Assembly: GCA_040004115.1 (NCBI GenBank)
Contig: JBDUBO010000011.1
Span: 77-64,076 of the forward strand
DNA length: 64,000 nucleotides
Direction: 5' to 3'
Source: Gammaproteobacteria bacterium
GTDB lineage: Bacteria > Pseudomonadota > Gammaproteobacteria > Steroidobacterales > Steroidobacteraceae
Of this stretch, positions 52,196 through 61,716 are shown piece by piece (position 1 is the stretch's first letter; each line of letters begins with the position of its first letter). Below the pieces are notes generated by a model. That model worked only from the letters and a program-made list of their open reading frames with translations. It did not search any database and was not told the DNA's origin. The translations under genes were made by a program, and so were the position numbers.

Positions 52196-53950
52196 TCACT
52201 CCACGTCCGGGTAGGGGCCCTTGCCGCCGTCCGCGATGAAGCGATCGACGCGGGCCGTCAGCACTGGAAGGGGTACTGAGCCGAGTTCAAGCACTGCGTC
52301 GTGAAAGGCGCGCACATTGAATTTTGCGCCGAGCGCCTGTTGCGCCTTGGCTCGCGCCTTGAGAATAGCGTCTTCCCCGAGATAGTAGGACAGGGCCTGT
52401 GCAGGCCATGCGATGTATCGATCGATCTCCGTTTGTATTTCATGTTCAGGAAGTGCGGTGTATTCGCGGAAATAAGTGATTGCCCGGTCGCGGCTCCAGC
52501 CCTGGGAGTGGATTCCGGTATCGACGACCAGACGCGCGGCCCGCCAGATCTGATAGTTGAGCATCCCGAAGCGTTCATAGGGGGTCTCGTACATTCCCAT
52601 CTCGAGCCCCAATGTTTCGCAGTACAGCGCCCAACCTTCGCCGAAGGCAGAGATATAGGTATGCTGCCTGAACTCAGGCTGCTGCTTGTGTTCGAGCGCC
52701 AGCGACATCTGGAAAGCATGGCCGGGAGCGGACTCGTGCAAAGTCAGTGCCGTGAGGTTGTAGAGCGGCCGGCTCGGCAGATCGTAGGTATTGACCAAGT
52801 AGAGCCCCGGGCCACCGCGCCCGGACGTGTAAAACGGCGCGAGATCATCCGGAACGGGCTTGATGGCGAACCGTGCCCGCGGCAGTTGCCCGAAATATTG
52901 CGAGGCCTTGCCGTCGAACTGCTTGGCGATCCAGGCCGCGCGCATCAGCAACTCCTCCGAAGTTTTGGCGTAGAAGCGCGGATCGGCACGCAGAAACTTG
53001 AGGAAGGCGGGAAAGTCTCCGGTGAACCCGGTCTCCTTCATGACGCCGACCATTCGCTCGTGGAGCCTGGCAACCTCCGCCTCGCCGAATGAGTGGATAG
53101 CCGCGGGATCTGTGTTCAGCGTGGTGAACTCCAGGATCTTGGAGCGGTAGAACGCCTTTCCGTCCGGAAGGCTGTAGGCCGCCAAAGAGGTTCGCGTGCC
53201 GGGCAGGTATTCGTTGCGCATGAACTTCAGCAGATCACGGTACGCGGGCTGCACGGAATCGCGGATGACGCTGATCGCCTGCGCGCGCAGGCTGGCTTGT
53301 TCCGCTTCAGGCACGCCCTGCATGTCTTTGAAGGGGGTAAAGAACAGGCTCGCTTCGGGTGCGACCTCTGTGACGACGGTGATCGAAGCATCGCGCCCCT
53401 TCATGGTCACTTGCGGCGGCGTGAATCCTCGTTTCGAACCCGCGCGCATCTCGCCGATTTGCTCGTGAAAGTAGCGGGGAATGTCCTTCATCTGGCCGAT
53501 CCAGTTGCGGTAGTCCCGCACCGTCCGATAGGGACGGCGCGCCGTGTAGCCTAGATTGGTCCAAAACGTGGTGTCCGCATTCGCGGGCATCTCATAATCG
53601 CGAAATGTCTGATTGGCGATCAGCGCTTGAATTTGTGGTCGGTAGACGTCGTAGTTCAGTTGTTCGGCAGCCGACAGCGCGGCCCGCGGTATGGCGTCGA
53701 GCTTCTGCAGCACCTCCTGCCACATGCGCAGTCGCATCTCTTGGCTCGCCGGATCGACTTTGGGCAGATGATCCTGAACAGGCTTCTGCGAGTCTTCGCC
53801 GTCGGGGATCTGCTGGTCGCGCCACTTCCACTCGGCCTTGTAAATCGCTTGAAAACGCACATCGGCTTCGCCGGCTTTTGACGTATTGCCGCACAAATTC
53901 AATGTCACCGCGTAGAGCGCGGCCAAAACCCAAGGAGAGAGTGAACGCAT
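52196..53950 (-). CDS. secreted DUF885-family protein (zincin-like HExxxxH motif)
   Basis: LHESAPGHAFQ and FGEGWALYCE motifs. The signal peptide starts at Met 53950 (MRSLSPWVLAALYAV). The supplied ORF starts at 54031, which would overlap the stop of the upstream gene. Confidence 0.75.
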   Translation of the reverse strand: MRSLSPWVLAALYAVTLNLCGNTSKAGEADVRFQAIYKAEWKWRDQQIPDGEDSQKPVQDHLPKVDPASQEMRLRMWQEVLQKLDAIPRAALSAAEQLNYDVYRPQIQALIANQTFRDYEMPANADTTFWTNLGYTARRPYRTVRDYRNWIGQMKDIPRYFHEQIGEMRAGSKRGFTPPQVTMKGRDASITVVTEVAPEASLFFTPFKDMQGVPEAEQASLRAQAISVIRDSVQPAYRDLLKFMRNEYLPGTRTSLAAYSLPDGKAFYRSKILEFTTLNTDPAAIHSFGEAEVARLHERMVGVMKETGFTGDFPAFLKFLRADPRFYAKTSEELLMRAAWIAKQFDGKASQYFGQLPRARFAIKPVPDDLAPFYTSGRGGPGLYLVNTYDLPSRPLYNLTALTLHESAPGHAFQMSLALEHKQQPEFRQHTYISAFGEGWALYCETLGLEMGMYETPYERFGMLNYQIWRAARLVVDTGIHSQGWSRDRAITYFREYTALPEHEIQTEIDRYIAWPAQALSYYLGEDAILKARAKAQQALGAKFNVRAFHDAVLELGSVPLPVLTARVDRFIADGGKGPYPDVE

Positions 53951-54027
53951 GGCGAATCCCTTCAGCGGTGTTGATTGTTCAATGGAAACCAGAACTTGCG
54001 GTGATTCCGTGGCGCAGCGGCGGTGAA

Positions 54028-55281
54028 TCATGACATGGGCGCGCCGAACCGTTGCAGATCGAAGGCCGCAATTGGCAACCGCGGCGCGCGTTCGGCAACG
54101 AGATCTGCGACCAATTCCGCAGTAGTGGGCGCTAGCGTCAGCCCGATGTGCTGGTGGCCGACGGCGTAATACAGCTTCTCCGGGATACCCGGGGCACGCC
54201 CTATTCCGGGCAAGTAATCCGGCAACACCGGCCGGGCGCCCACCCAGCTTGGACCGTCGGACTCGCAGGCGAACCCCAGCGTTTGCACCGTACGGCGCAG
54301 GCGCGCGGGCTTGCGCGGATCGGAGGGCGCGTCTGCGTCCGCGAATTCCATAAAACTCGAGGCGCGCAGGCGCCCGGCCATCGGCGTTACCAGCGTGTGC
54401 TCGTGCTTATATACGACCGGCGCATCCAGAAACGGCGCCTGTCCCGGCAATTCGATGTGGTAGCCGCGAATCGCCTGCAACGGCGCATGCAAACCGAAGG
54501 GCGCGAGCAGCGGCTGCGAACCCATGCCCGCGCACACCACTACGCCGGCGGCCATCACCGGGTTTCTATCGCTGTGGATTTCGATCGCGCCGCCGTGTAG
54601 ACGCAGCGCCCGGACATCCGCCTGTAGAAATTCGGCGCCGTGTGCTGCTGCCGCGACGGCAAAGGCGCGTACGGCTTCGAGCGGATCGACGACGTGCGCA
54701 GAATCCTCGAACCACAGGCCGGCGGCGCTCTGCGCCCGCGCCGCACGCTGCAACGGCAGAAGCTCGGCGGCCGAAACCGCGCGGGTTCGTACGCCGAGTT
54801 CCGCCATCTGGCGCGCCTGTGCCTCCATGGCGGCGCCTCCGTGTTTGCCGAGATCGATTTCGTAGTGCCCGTTGCGGCGCAGCAAATCAGATCTGCCGAT
54901 GCTGTCGAGCCAACGCGACCAATGGACAGCGGCCGGTAGCACCAGCGGCGCCAGCTGACGGGTGTTTTCGTCGCGCTGGAATGCTGCCGAGGCGAACCGA
55001 CCTATCCATGGCAGCATGTCGAACACCTGCCGCGCGGGGAGGTCGAGCGCGCCGCCAAAGCGGAATAATTCGCGCCAAAAGCCGAACAGCAAAGCCGGTG
55101 AAGGCAGCGGTTGCACCAGTTCGGCGGCAATGTGCCCGACGTTGCCGAAGCTCGCGCCCGCGATGCCCGGTGCGGCTCGGTCGAACAGCAGCACGCCGCG
55201 CCCTTCGCGAGCCAAGGCAAATGCCACGGCCGCACCGATCACCCCGGCGCCGATCACAGCAATCTTACCTTGCTCGCTCAT
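54028..55281 (-). CDS. FAD-dependent oxidoreductase, D-amino-acid dehydrogenase-like (candidate D-hydroxyproline dehydrogenase)
   Basis: N-terminal dinucleotide motif IAVIGAGVIGAAVAFALA. Divergent from the hydroxyproline epimerase/deaminase genes. Confidence 0.8.
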   Translation of the reverse strand: MSEQGKIAVIGAGVIGAAVAFALAREGRGVLLFDRAAPGIAGASFGNVGHIAAELVQPLPSPALLFGFWRELFRFGGALDLPARQVFDMLPWIGRFASAAFQRDENTRQLAPLVLPAAVHWSRWLDSIGRSDLLRRNGHYEIDLGKHGGAAMEAQARQMAELGVRTRAVSAAELLPLQRAARAQSAAGLWFEDSAHVVDPLEAVRAFAVAAAAHGAEFLQADVRALRLHGGAIEIHSDRNPVMAAGVVVCAGMGSQPLLAPFGLHAPLQAIRGYHIELPGQAPFLDAPVVYKHEHTLVTPMAGRLRASSFMEFADADAPSDPRKPARLRRTVQTLGFACESDGPSWVGARPVLPDYLPGIGRAPGIPEKLYYAVGHQHIGLTLAPTTAELVADLVAERAPRLPIAAFDLQRFGAPMS

Positions 55282-55316
55282 GGTCGTACCGTATACGATC
55301 TACGATCCCGCAAGCA

Positions 55317-56243
55317 ATGCCTAACTATGAAAGTACTATGACCATCCCCGTTTCATGCACCTGGACCGGCGTCTTTCCAGCCGCCACGACGCAATTCAAT
55401 CCCGCCCTGGAAGTAGATTTGCCGGCGACGCAACTCGTGCAAAAGGCGCTGCTGAACGACGGTGTGCATGGTCTGGTGCTGATGGGTACGGTCGGCGAGG
55501 GCAATTCCTTGACCGCGCAGGAGAAGCGCAGCGTACTTGCCGCTGCGGTCGAGGTCAGTGAAGGCAAAGTGCCCGTCATTGCCGGCGTTTCGGAATTTAC
55601 CACCGCTGCCGCGGCGACTTTCGTGCGCGACGCGGAGCGCATAGGCGCAAGCGGATTCATGGTGCTTCCCGCGATGGTGTACGTGCCGACGGCCGCCGAG
55701 CTCGAATATCATTTCCGCACGGTGGCCGCCGCGACCGGACTGCCCATCATGCTCTACAACAATCCGCCCTCTTATCGGGTGAACATCGACATTGCGACGC
55801 TCGGTCGTCTCGCGGAAGTGCCGAACATCGTCTCGATCAAGGAATCCGCGCCCGATTCGCGGCGGTTCACCGACATCATCAATGCATTCGGCGAACGCTT
55901 CGTGCTGTTTGCCGGACTCGATGACATCGCTTTCGAGGGCTTGACCCTGGGGGCCAAGGGTTGGGTGTCCGGCCTTACCAACGCCTTCCCGGTCGAATCC
56001 CTGCTTCTCTACGCTGCGCTATGCGATGGCAAACTGGAGGCCGCGCGCAAGATCTACCGCTGGTTCATGCCGTTGCTGCACTTGGATTCGGAACACGATC
56101 TGGTCCAGTCCATCAAGCTAGCCGAGCAAATCATGGGCCGCGGTTCGGAACGCGTGCGCCCGCCGCGTCTGCCGCTGACGGGCGAGCGCCGCGCCGCTGT
56201 GATCGCGATGGTCGAGCATGCGCGGGATTCCCGGCCGCGATAA
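55317..56243 (+). CDS. DapA/dihydrodipicolinate-synthase-family lyase (candidate delta1-pyrroline-4-hydroxy-2-carboxylate deaminase)
   Basis: GLVLMGTVGEGNSLT and Schiff-base lysine region IVSIKESA. Start at ATG 55317 (or 55338). The upstream part of the supplied ORF is an Arg-rich shadow of the opposite-strand gene. Confidence 0.8.
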   Translation: MPNYESTMTIPVSCTWTGVFPAATTQFNPALEVDLPATQLVQKALLNDGVHGLVLMGTVGEGNSLTAQEKRSVLAAAVEVSEGKVPVIAGVSEFTTAAAATFVRDAERIGASGFMVLPAMVYVPTAAELEYHFRTVAAATGLPIMLYNNPPSYRVNIDIATLGRLAEVPNIVSIKESAPDSRRFTDIINAFGERFVLFAGLDDIAFEGLTLGAKGWVSGLTNAFPVESLLLYAALCDGKLEAARKIYRWFMPLLHLDSEHDLVQSIKLAEQIMGRGSERVRPPRLPLTGERRAAVIAMVEHARDSRPR

Positions 56244-57175
56244 TGCAGACAATCCGCGTCGTCGACTCGCATACCGGAGGCGAGCCCACGCGGCTGGTGC
56301 TCGAAGGCGGTCCTGATTTGGGCGGCGGCCCGCTGGCGGAACGGCTGCAGAAATTCCGCGATCGTTTCGATGCGTATCGTTCTGCGGTTGTGAACGAGCC
56401 GCGCGGCTCGGATCCCTTGGTGGGCGCGATGCTGGTCGAGCCGCACCGCACCGGCTGCGATCTCGGCGTCATCTTTTTCAACAACGTGGGCTATTTGGGG
56501 ATGTGTGGGCACGGCACCATCGGCCTGATTGCATCGCTCAAGCACTTGGGCAAACTCGCTCCCGGGGCGGTCAAGATCGACACGCCCGTCGGAGCCGTCG
56601 AGGCAATCTTGGGCGTGGACGGCCGGATCAGCGTGGACAATGTGGTGAGCTATCGCTCGGCGCACCGGACTGCGGTCGAAGTTCCCGGAATCGGCACCGT
56701 GACTGGCGATGTTGCCTGGGGAGGCAACTGGTTCTTCTTGGTTTCGGATCATGGTCAGATCATCGATTTGGCGCACGTCGAAGCCCTGACCGATTTTGGC
56801 TGGCGCGTGCGCGAGGCTATCAATGCCCAGGGACATCCGCTGGTCGATCATGTCGAGCTGTTTGCGGCCTCGGACCTGCCCGGCGCGCATAGCCGGAACT
56901 TCGTGCTGTGCCCCGGCAAGGCCTACGACCGCTCGCCCTGCGGCACGGGGACCAGCGCCAAACTTGCCTGCCTTGCCGCCGACGGAAAACTTCCGGAAGG
57001 CGAGGAGTGGATACAGGAGAGCCTCATCGGCAGCACCTTTGCGGGTCGCTATCGATGGCGCGATCGCGCCAAGGGTGAAATCGTTCCCACCATCACAGGC
57101 ACGGCACATGTGATCGGCGAGTCGCTGCTGCGCCTCGACCCGGAAGATCCCTTCTGCTGGGGCATTCGTGCATGA
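56243..57175 (+). CDS. 4-hydroxyproline 2-epimerase (proline racemase family)
   Basis: MQTIRVVDSHTGGEPTR, with both catalytic cysteines present (GMCGHG and DRSPCGTGTSA). ATG 56243 overlaps the upstream TAA. Confidence 0.85.
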   Translation: MQTIRVVDSHTGGEPTRLVLEGGPDLGGGPLAERLQKFRDRFDAYRSAVVNEPRGSDPLVGAMLVEPHRTGCDLGVIFFNNVGYLGMCGHGTIGLIASLKHLGKLAPGAVKIDTPVGAVEAILGVDGRISVDNVVSYRSAHRTAVEVPGIGTVTGDVAWGGNWFFLVSDHGQIIDLAHVEALTDFGWRVREAINAQGHPLVDHVELFAASDLPGAHSRNFVLCPGKAYDRSPCGTGTSAKLACLAADGKLPEGEEWIQESLIGSTFAGRYRWRDRAKGEIVPTITGTAHVIGESLLRLDPEDPFCWGIRA

Positions 57176-57879
57176 ATGAACCACTGGTCCAATCCATGAC
57201 CAGCCAACTCATTGTCCGCTTTCGCGAACGCATTCTGGCGGGCACCTATGCTCCGGGTTCCGCGCTGCGTCAAGATGTGCTTGCCTGTGAATTCGGCACG
57301 AGCAAGATTCCGGTACGCGAGGCGCTGGTACAGCTGCAGTCGGAGGGCCTGGTCGATATTTTTCCTAATCGCGGCTTTCAAGTGCGGCCGCTCGCGACCA
57401 GCGAACTCGACGAGGTCTTCAGCTTGCGCCTGCAAATCGAGCCGTCGGCCGTGGCCATGGGATCGAAGATTGCCACCGCTGCCGATCATAGCGCTGCACG
57501 AAAGGCGCTGGATCAATTGAACGACGCACTCGCAACCGAGGAGTATTCCGCATCCGGCCGGCTAAACCGCGCATTCCATCTCGCGCTCATCGTTCCCCGC
57601 CTGCAGCCTGTTGCAGCGGAGATCCTGGCCCGGCTACACACGCTCGCCCAACGCTATGTGCAGGCCCATCTGCGGCCTGAAGGGCGGGTCAAGCGCGCGA
57701 CGCGCGAGCATGCTGCCCTGCTGAAGATGTGGAGCCGGGGCAAGCCTAAGGAAGTGCGCGCGCTGATCCACACGCACATTCAATCCACGCGCGATGACCT
57801 CGCAAGGGTGGTGGCCGGCCGCGGCACGGGCGCCGACGCGGCGCGCGCCACGGCTCACGACACGAGCAGCGGAAAGTAG
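57172..57879 (+). CDS. GntR-family transcriptional regulator (FadR/FCD subfamily)
   Basis: wHTH segment LACEFGTSKIPVREALVQLQSEGLVDIFPNRGFQV followed by a helical FCD-like domain. 4-nt overlap with the epimerase gene. Confidence 0.85.
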   Translation: MNEPLVQSMTSQLIVRFRERILAGTYAPGSALRQDVLACEFGTSKIPVREALVQLQSEGLVDIFPNRGFQVRPLATSELDEVFSLRLQIEPSAVAMGSKIATAADHSAARKALDQLNDALATEEYSASGRLNRAFHLALIVPRLQPVAAEILARLHTLAQRYVQAHLRPEGRVKRATREHAALLKMWSRGKPKEVRALIHTHIQSTRDDLARVVAGRGTGADAARATAHDTSSGK

Positions 57880-57883
57880 GCGT

Positions 57884-58285
57884 TTACCACTGCTGTTCCT
57901 TGGGCAGGTCGTCATCGATCGTGTAGTAGTCCGATTTGTCGGCGAAAAAGATGTGCTGTTCCACGGCGACGCCGGTCGGGACGTCGAGTGTTCCGGCGGT
58001 AATGCTTAAGGAGTCGCGGCCGGCCAGCCTCCAAAACAAATTGCCTCCGCAGACGTTGCAGAATCCCCGCTCGGCGGTGTCCGATGACTGGTACCAGCGC
58101 AGCGACGCAGAGGATTTCCACGTGATGTCGGCTGAAGGCGCGCTGGTCATGGCGGCATAGTGCCCGCTGGTGCGGCGGCATTGCGAACAGTGGCAGGCTA
58201 TCACTCCGCGAAGCGCACCGTGAATTTCGTAGCGGACGCCGCCGCACAGGCAGCCGCCCGTATGTAGTGCTTCGTTATCTGTCAC
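57884..58285 (-). CDS. GFA-family (glutathione-dependent formaldehyde-activating / CENP-V-like) zinc protein
   Basis: HTGGCLCGGVRYE and ACHCSQCRRTSG cysteine motifs. Confidence 0.85.
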   Translation of the reverse strand: MTDNEALHTGGCLCGGVRYEIHGALRGVIACHCSQCRRTSGHYAAMTSAPSADITWKSSASLRWYQSSDTAERGFCNVCGGNLFWRLAGRDSLSITAGTLDVPTGVAVEQHIFFADKSDYYTIDDDLPKEQQW

Positions 58286-58309
58286 GCTTACCTCCGATTT
58301 CTTTTGAAT

Positions 58310-58777
58310 TCAGGCGCGGTTGACGCGACACGAGAAACATCCGCGATTCGCATTATGCAAATGTATGTAAGCCACTTGCGAATCGTCGAAGATCCGCGTC
58401 ACTGCGGCCGCAATATCCTTGCCGTCGCAAACCGTCGCGTCAACGATGAGGTCCGCTGAATCGTAGGCTCGAACCGACAATAGCCGCAGGCCTACATAGT
58501 CCGTAATTTGGTCCACTGCGAGCGAACGCTGCCGCGCCGCCTTGCGGACAAAGATGGGCCCGGATGCTCGATATGGCGATTGGGCCGGCTGATGTTCGTA
58601 TGCCAGGAGCAGTAGCTCCTCGCCGACTTCCGCATCGGACAGACTGACACGACAGGGAAATCCGGGCTTTTCCGTCGCGAGCATGCGACGGATATTGAGT
58701 GCGGCCAGTTCGCGATCGGTAAGTGCAAACAACGGAGTAAACGCTTCGATCGGCAAGCCGACTATTTGAAATGTCAT
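58310..58777 (-). CDS. DUF1203-family protein
   Basis: MTFQIVGLPIEAFTPLFALTDRELAA...EKPGFPCRVSLSDAEVGEELLLLAYEHQPAQSPYR is typical of DUF1203. Start at Met 58777 inside the supplied ORF. Confidence 0.75.
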   Translation of the reverse strand: MTFQIVGLPIEAFTPLFALTDRELAALNIRRMLATEKPGFPCRVSLSDAEVGEELLLLAYEHQPAQSPYRASGPIFVRKAARQRSLAVDQITDYVGLRLLSVRAYDSADLIVDATVCDGKDIAAAVTRIFDDSQVAYIHLHNANRGCFSCRVNRA

Positions 58778-58899
58778 GATTTTGCACCGCATGAGAAGCC
58801 TTGACAGGGCGCCATCATCGGCTATTGGCGGCTGCGGGTCTCGCCGTTTTCGGACCTCAAATGCGACGTCGGCAGGTGTTCCATGTGGGCACGCGTGAA

Positions 58900-60900
58900 T
58901 TAGAATCGGCGCGATGCGTACAGCAGCGCGGTATCCACTTTGTAAAAACTCTCCGGGCGGACGCCTAGCTGCGGATCGCTCGCCAGCATGTGATCGCGCG
59001 CCAGGTTCTGGGCGTGGCGTATATCCAATCCCAAATCCCATTTCGGCAGGGCATTGCGCCATAGGCCTCCAACGCCGTAGTACACCGAATAGGCCGGCGT
59101 GGCGAGATCATAGCGTGCCGCACCCAGAAACACGCCGAGCGCGACGGCGTCGGTAAAACGGTATCGATAGTCCACGGCGCGAACGCCGACGAGCGCATGG
59201 CCTTCTACTTCATCCAATTCGAGTCGCACGCCCAAATCATTGTTGGCCGATACCGCACGGCGGGCGCCCACGCCCAAGTGAGGATCGATATGCCATTTGC
59301 TCGAGGTGATGGGGAGACCCGGTTCCAAGTCGGTGCGAACCTTGTTGACAGCCATGCCGGCATCGACAAACAGTTCCGCGCCGTGCAGGGCCGTGCCGCC
59401 GTTGTAGGAGTCCTCATTGAGTTCGCCGTCATCGCGCGTGCGCGCATCGCCGCCGTAACGTACGAAGCCGGATAGCCGCGAGAACTTCTTGCCGTAGATG
59501 TCGCGTCCGCCGAATAGCTCGCCGCCGAGCGTCAAGCCTCGCCAAGGCCGCGAATAGCGCACCATGACGTCGTAGTAACGGTGGTAGGGGAAGGCGCCGA
59601 TGGTCGGGCTGTACACGCGCAGGTCGCCGCCGTAATAGCTTTGGTTCGCCAGGGTGCGGATGCGCTCCTCCAGATATCCGCCGAACGGCGGCTCCCAGCC
59701 GACGCGCAACATTTGGCTGCGAGCGCCTACACCGTCGCCGAAGTTGCGCTGATCGGCGCCCCAGTTGCCGAGCACCAGTCCGTCGTTGGTCATGCCGTCG
59801 AGGAAAATGCTGTGGACGTACCAGATGTTCTGCCACTCAGAGTACTCATAGGTCAGATCGAAATAGCGCCCGAGACGCGGTATATCGATACCGGCAGTAA
59901 GTGCCGCACTGCCGAGCAGGTAGCTGCCGCCGTTCGAGTTGTCCTCGCCCGCGTACTGAAAATACACGGCAATCGGCGTCTTACCGGGAAATATGAAGCG
60001 GCTGACGTACGATGCTTGCTGATTGCCCTGAGTCTGCGACAGGCCGCTGGGCTTGAAGAAATTGTGCAACAGGGTTCTGGGGCCGTCAGGCAGGCCGGCG
60101 CCGCCACCATACTCCAGCAGCCTATTGATTCCGAGTGACCAACCGCTGAACGGCTCGATCGAAAATTGCGCGCCGAACACACGCGGCTTGCCGTCGCTCA
60201 GCCTGCCCTGGTAAAGGATACGGTCCGAATGAGACAATTCGGTCGCGAACAATTCGTATTGGAATCCGAGGCGGGTCAGCGGCTCATAGTTCGACAGCGT
60301 CACGGAGGGCGTAGTCGGTGCTTCGGTGCTGATCAGCGTGCTGCTGTCGGTGGCGGGCGAGAACCAGTGATCGCGATAGCCGATGTCGATTTGCGCCCAA
60401 TTGAAGCCGAAGCTCAGCATTGAGCCCACCGGCACGGTATGGCCGCTGTAGGCCACCACACCGCCGCTGACAAGGACGTAATCATTCGGCTGCACATACG
60501 CTTGCAGGGACAGCTCCTCGCGGCTTTTCACCGGCATCCCGTGCGCGTTCGGCATCACGATGCCGTCGGCATTGTGAGCGATGGCGCCGGTCGCGCTGGC
60601 ATGCGTGACCGCATAGTCGCGCGAGTAGCGCTGCAAATACCTTTTGACCTTGGCGCACAGCGGCTTGTCGATCAGGCAGGCCTGCGGCAATGCTGCTTGC
60701 ACCAATCCGACGGCAAACGGTCGCTTCAGGATGGGCTCATCGGCGAGAATGAGCACCCGCTCGATCTGACGCTCCATCTCGGGCTCGAGATGCAGCGGCA
60801 GGTAGGCGCTGACCCCATCCGCCAGTGCGGTCCCCGTCCATGACGTCAGCACACAGCTGAGTGCAATCACCGGTTTAAGTGTCTTGCTCCATGACAACAC
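58900..60900 (-). CDS. outer-membrane beta-barrel, capsule-assembly Wzi-like family
   Basis: Signal peptide, N-terminal helical region, long alternating beta-strand region with YFQYAGEDNS-type segments, and a terminal Phe (...YASRRF). Confidence 0.5.
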   Translation of the reverse strand: MLSWSKTLKPVIALSCVLTSWTGTALADGVSAYLPLHLEPEMERQIERVLILADEPILKRPFAVGLVQAALPQACLIDKPLCAKVKRYLQRYSRDYAVTHASATGAIAHNADGIVMPNAHGMPVKSREELSLQAYVQPNDYVLVSGGVVAYSGHTVPVGSMLSFGFNWAQIDIGYRDHWFSPATDSSTLISTEAPTTPSVTLSNYEPLTRLGFQYELFATELSHSDRILYQGRLSDGKPRVFGAQFSIEPFSGWSLGINRLLEYGGGAGLPDGPRTLLHNFFKPSGLSQTQGNQQASYVSRFIFPGKTPIAVYFQYAGEDNSNGGSYLLGSAALTAGIDIPRLGRYFDLTYEYSEWQNIWYVHSIFLDGMTNDGLVLGNWGADQRNFGDGVGARSQMLRVGWEPPFGGYLEERIRTLANQSYYGGDLRVYSPTIGAFPYHRYYDVMVRYSRPWRGLTLGGELFGGRDIYGKKFSRLSGFVRYGGDARTRDDGELNEDSYNGGTALHGAELFVDAGMAVNKVRTDLEPGLPITSSKWHIDPHLGVGARRAVSANNDLGVRLELDEVEGHALVGVRAVDYRYRFTDAVALGVFLGAARYDLATPAYSVYYGVGGLWRNALPKWDLGLDIRHAQNLARDHMLASDPQLGVRPESFYKVDTALLYASRRF

Positions 60901-61056
60901 GATATTTAATTGACTCCATTGACCGTTAATCTATCGTGGCAGTACACGATATGACGCATAAGACGGTCAAGGCTTTTATTGGTTCCCGGCGCCGCTCATT
61001 GCTCGAGAGGGCGGGGCTTTCGCGCTTGACACATCGGCGGATCTGAAGGACGAGTT

Positions 61057-61716
61057 TTGTACGTACCCAAGTATTTTGAAGAAGCGCGCACCGCCGTTCT
61101 GCATGCGATGATGCGGGCGCACCCGCTGGCAACCCTGGTGACGCTGTGCGATTCGGGTCTCGACGCAAATCATATACCCGTGGAGACTCTCTCCGAACCC
61201 GCGCCGCACGGGATGTTGCGCGGTCATATCGCGCGCGCCAATCCCCTGTGGCGGGAGTACCGGGACGGATCGGCGGCGCTGGCCATCTTCCAAGGGCCGC
61301 AGGCCTACATCTCGCCCTCGTTCTATCCGTCCAAGAAGCAGACCGGCGAAGTCGTTCCAACCTGGGACTACGCGGTGGTTCATGCACACGGCAGCTTGCG
61401 CTTCATTCAGGATGCGGAGTGGCTGCGCGCGCTCATCGGGCGATTGACCGACGCGCACGAGGCATCGCGGCAGGCGCCTTGGGGGATCGCCGACGCTCCG
61501 CCGCGCTATATCGAAAAAATGCTGTCACAAATCGTCGGCTTCGAGTTCTCTATTGCCGGCCTGACAGGAAAATGGAAGCTGAGCCAGAATCATTCCGAGG
61601 CCAACCGGCAGGGAGTCGTCGCGGGGCTGCGCGAGACTTCGGGCACCGATTCCCGGGATATCGCGGGCATGCTCCAAGCGTTCAACGACGAACAGCGTAG
61701 GGAACCGCATGCCTGA
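61057..61716 (+). CDS. FMN-binding negative transcriptional regulator, PaiB family
   Basis: MYVPKYFEE...HPLATLVT...GHIARANPLW...ISPSFYPSK...VVPTWDYAVVHAHG is a typical PaiB sequence. Confidence 0.85.
   Translation: MYVPKYFEEARTAVLHAMMRAHPLATLVTLCDSGLDANHIPVETLSEPAPHGMLRGHIARANPLWREYRDGSAALAIFQGPQAYISPSFYPSKKQTGEVVPTWDYAVVHAHGSLRFIQDAEWLRALIGRLTDAHEASRQAPWGIADAPPRYIEKMLSQIVGFEFSIAGLTGKWKLSQNHSEANRQGVVAGLRETSGTDSRDIAGMLQAFNDEQRREPHA

Noticed and set aside
54642-55316. 225-codon N-terminal extension of the DapA-family ORF
   Set aside because: It is an Arg-rich sequence antisense to the FAD oxidoreductase gene. The DapA homology begins only at Met 55317.
58778-59062. 95-codon extension of the DUF1203 ORF
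   Set aside because: It overlaps the 3' end of the Wzi-like gene. DUF1203 proteins start with the MTFQIVGLP-type sequence found at Met 58777.
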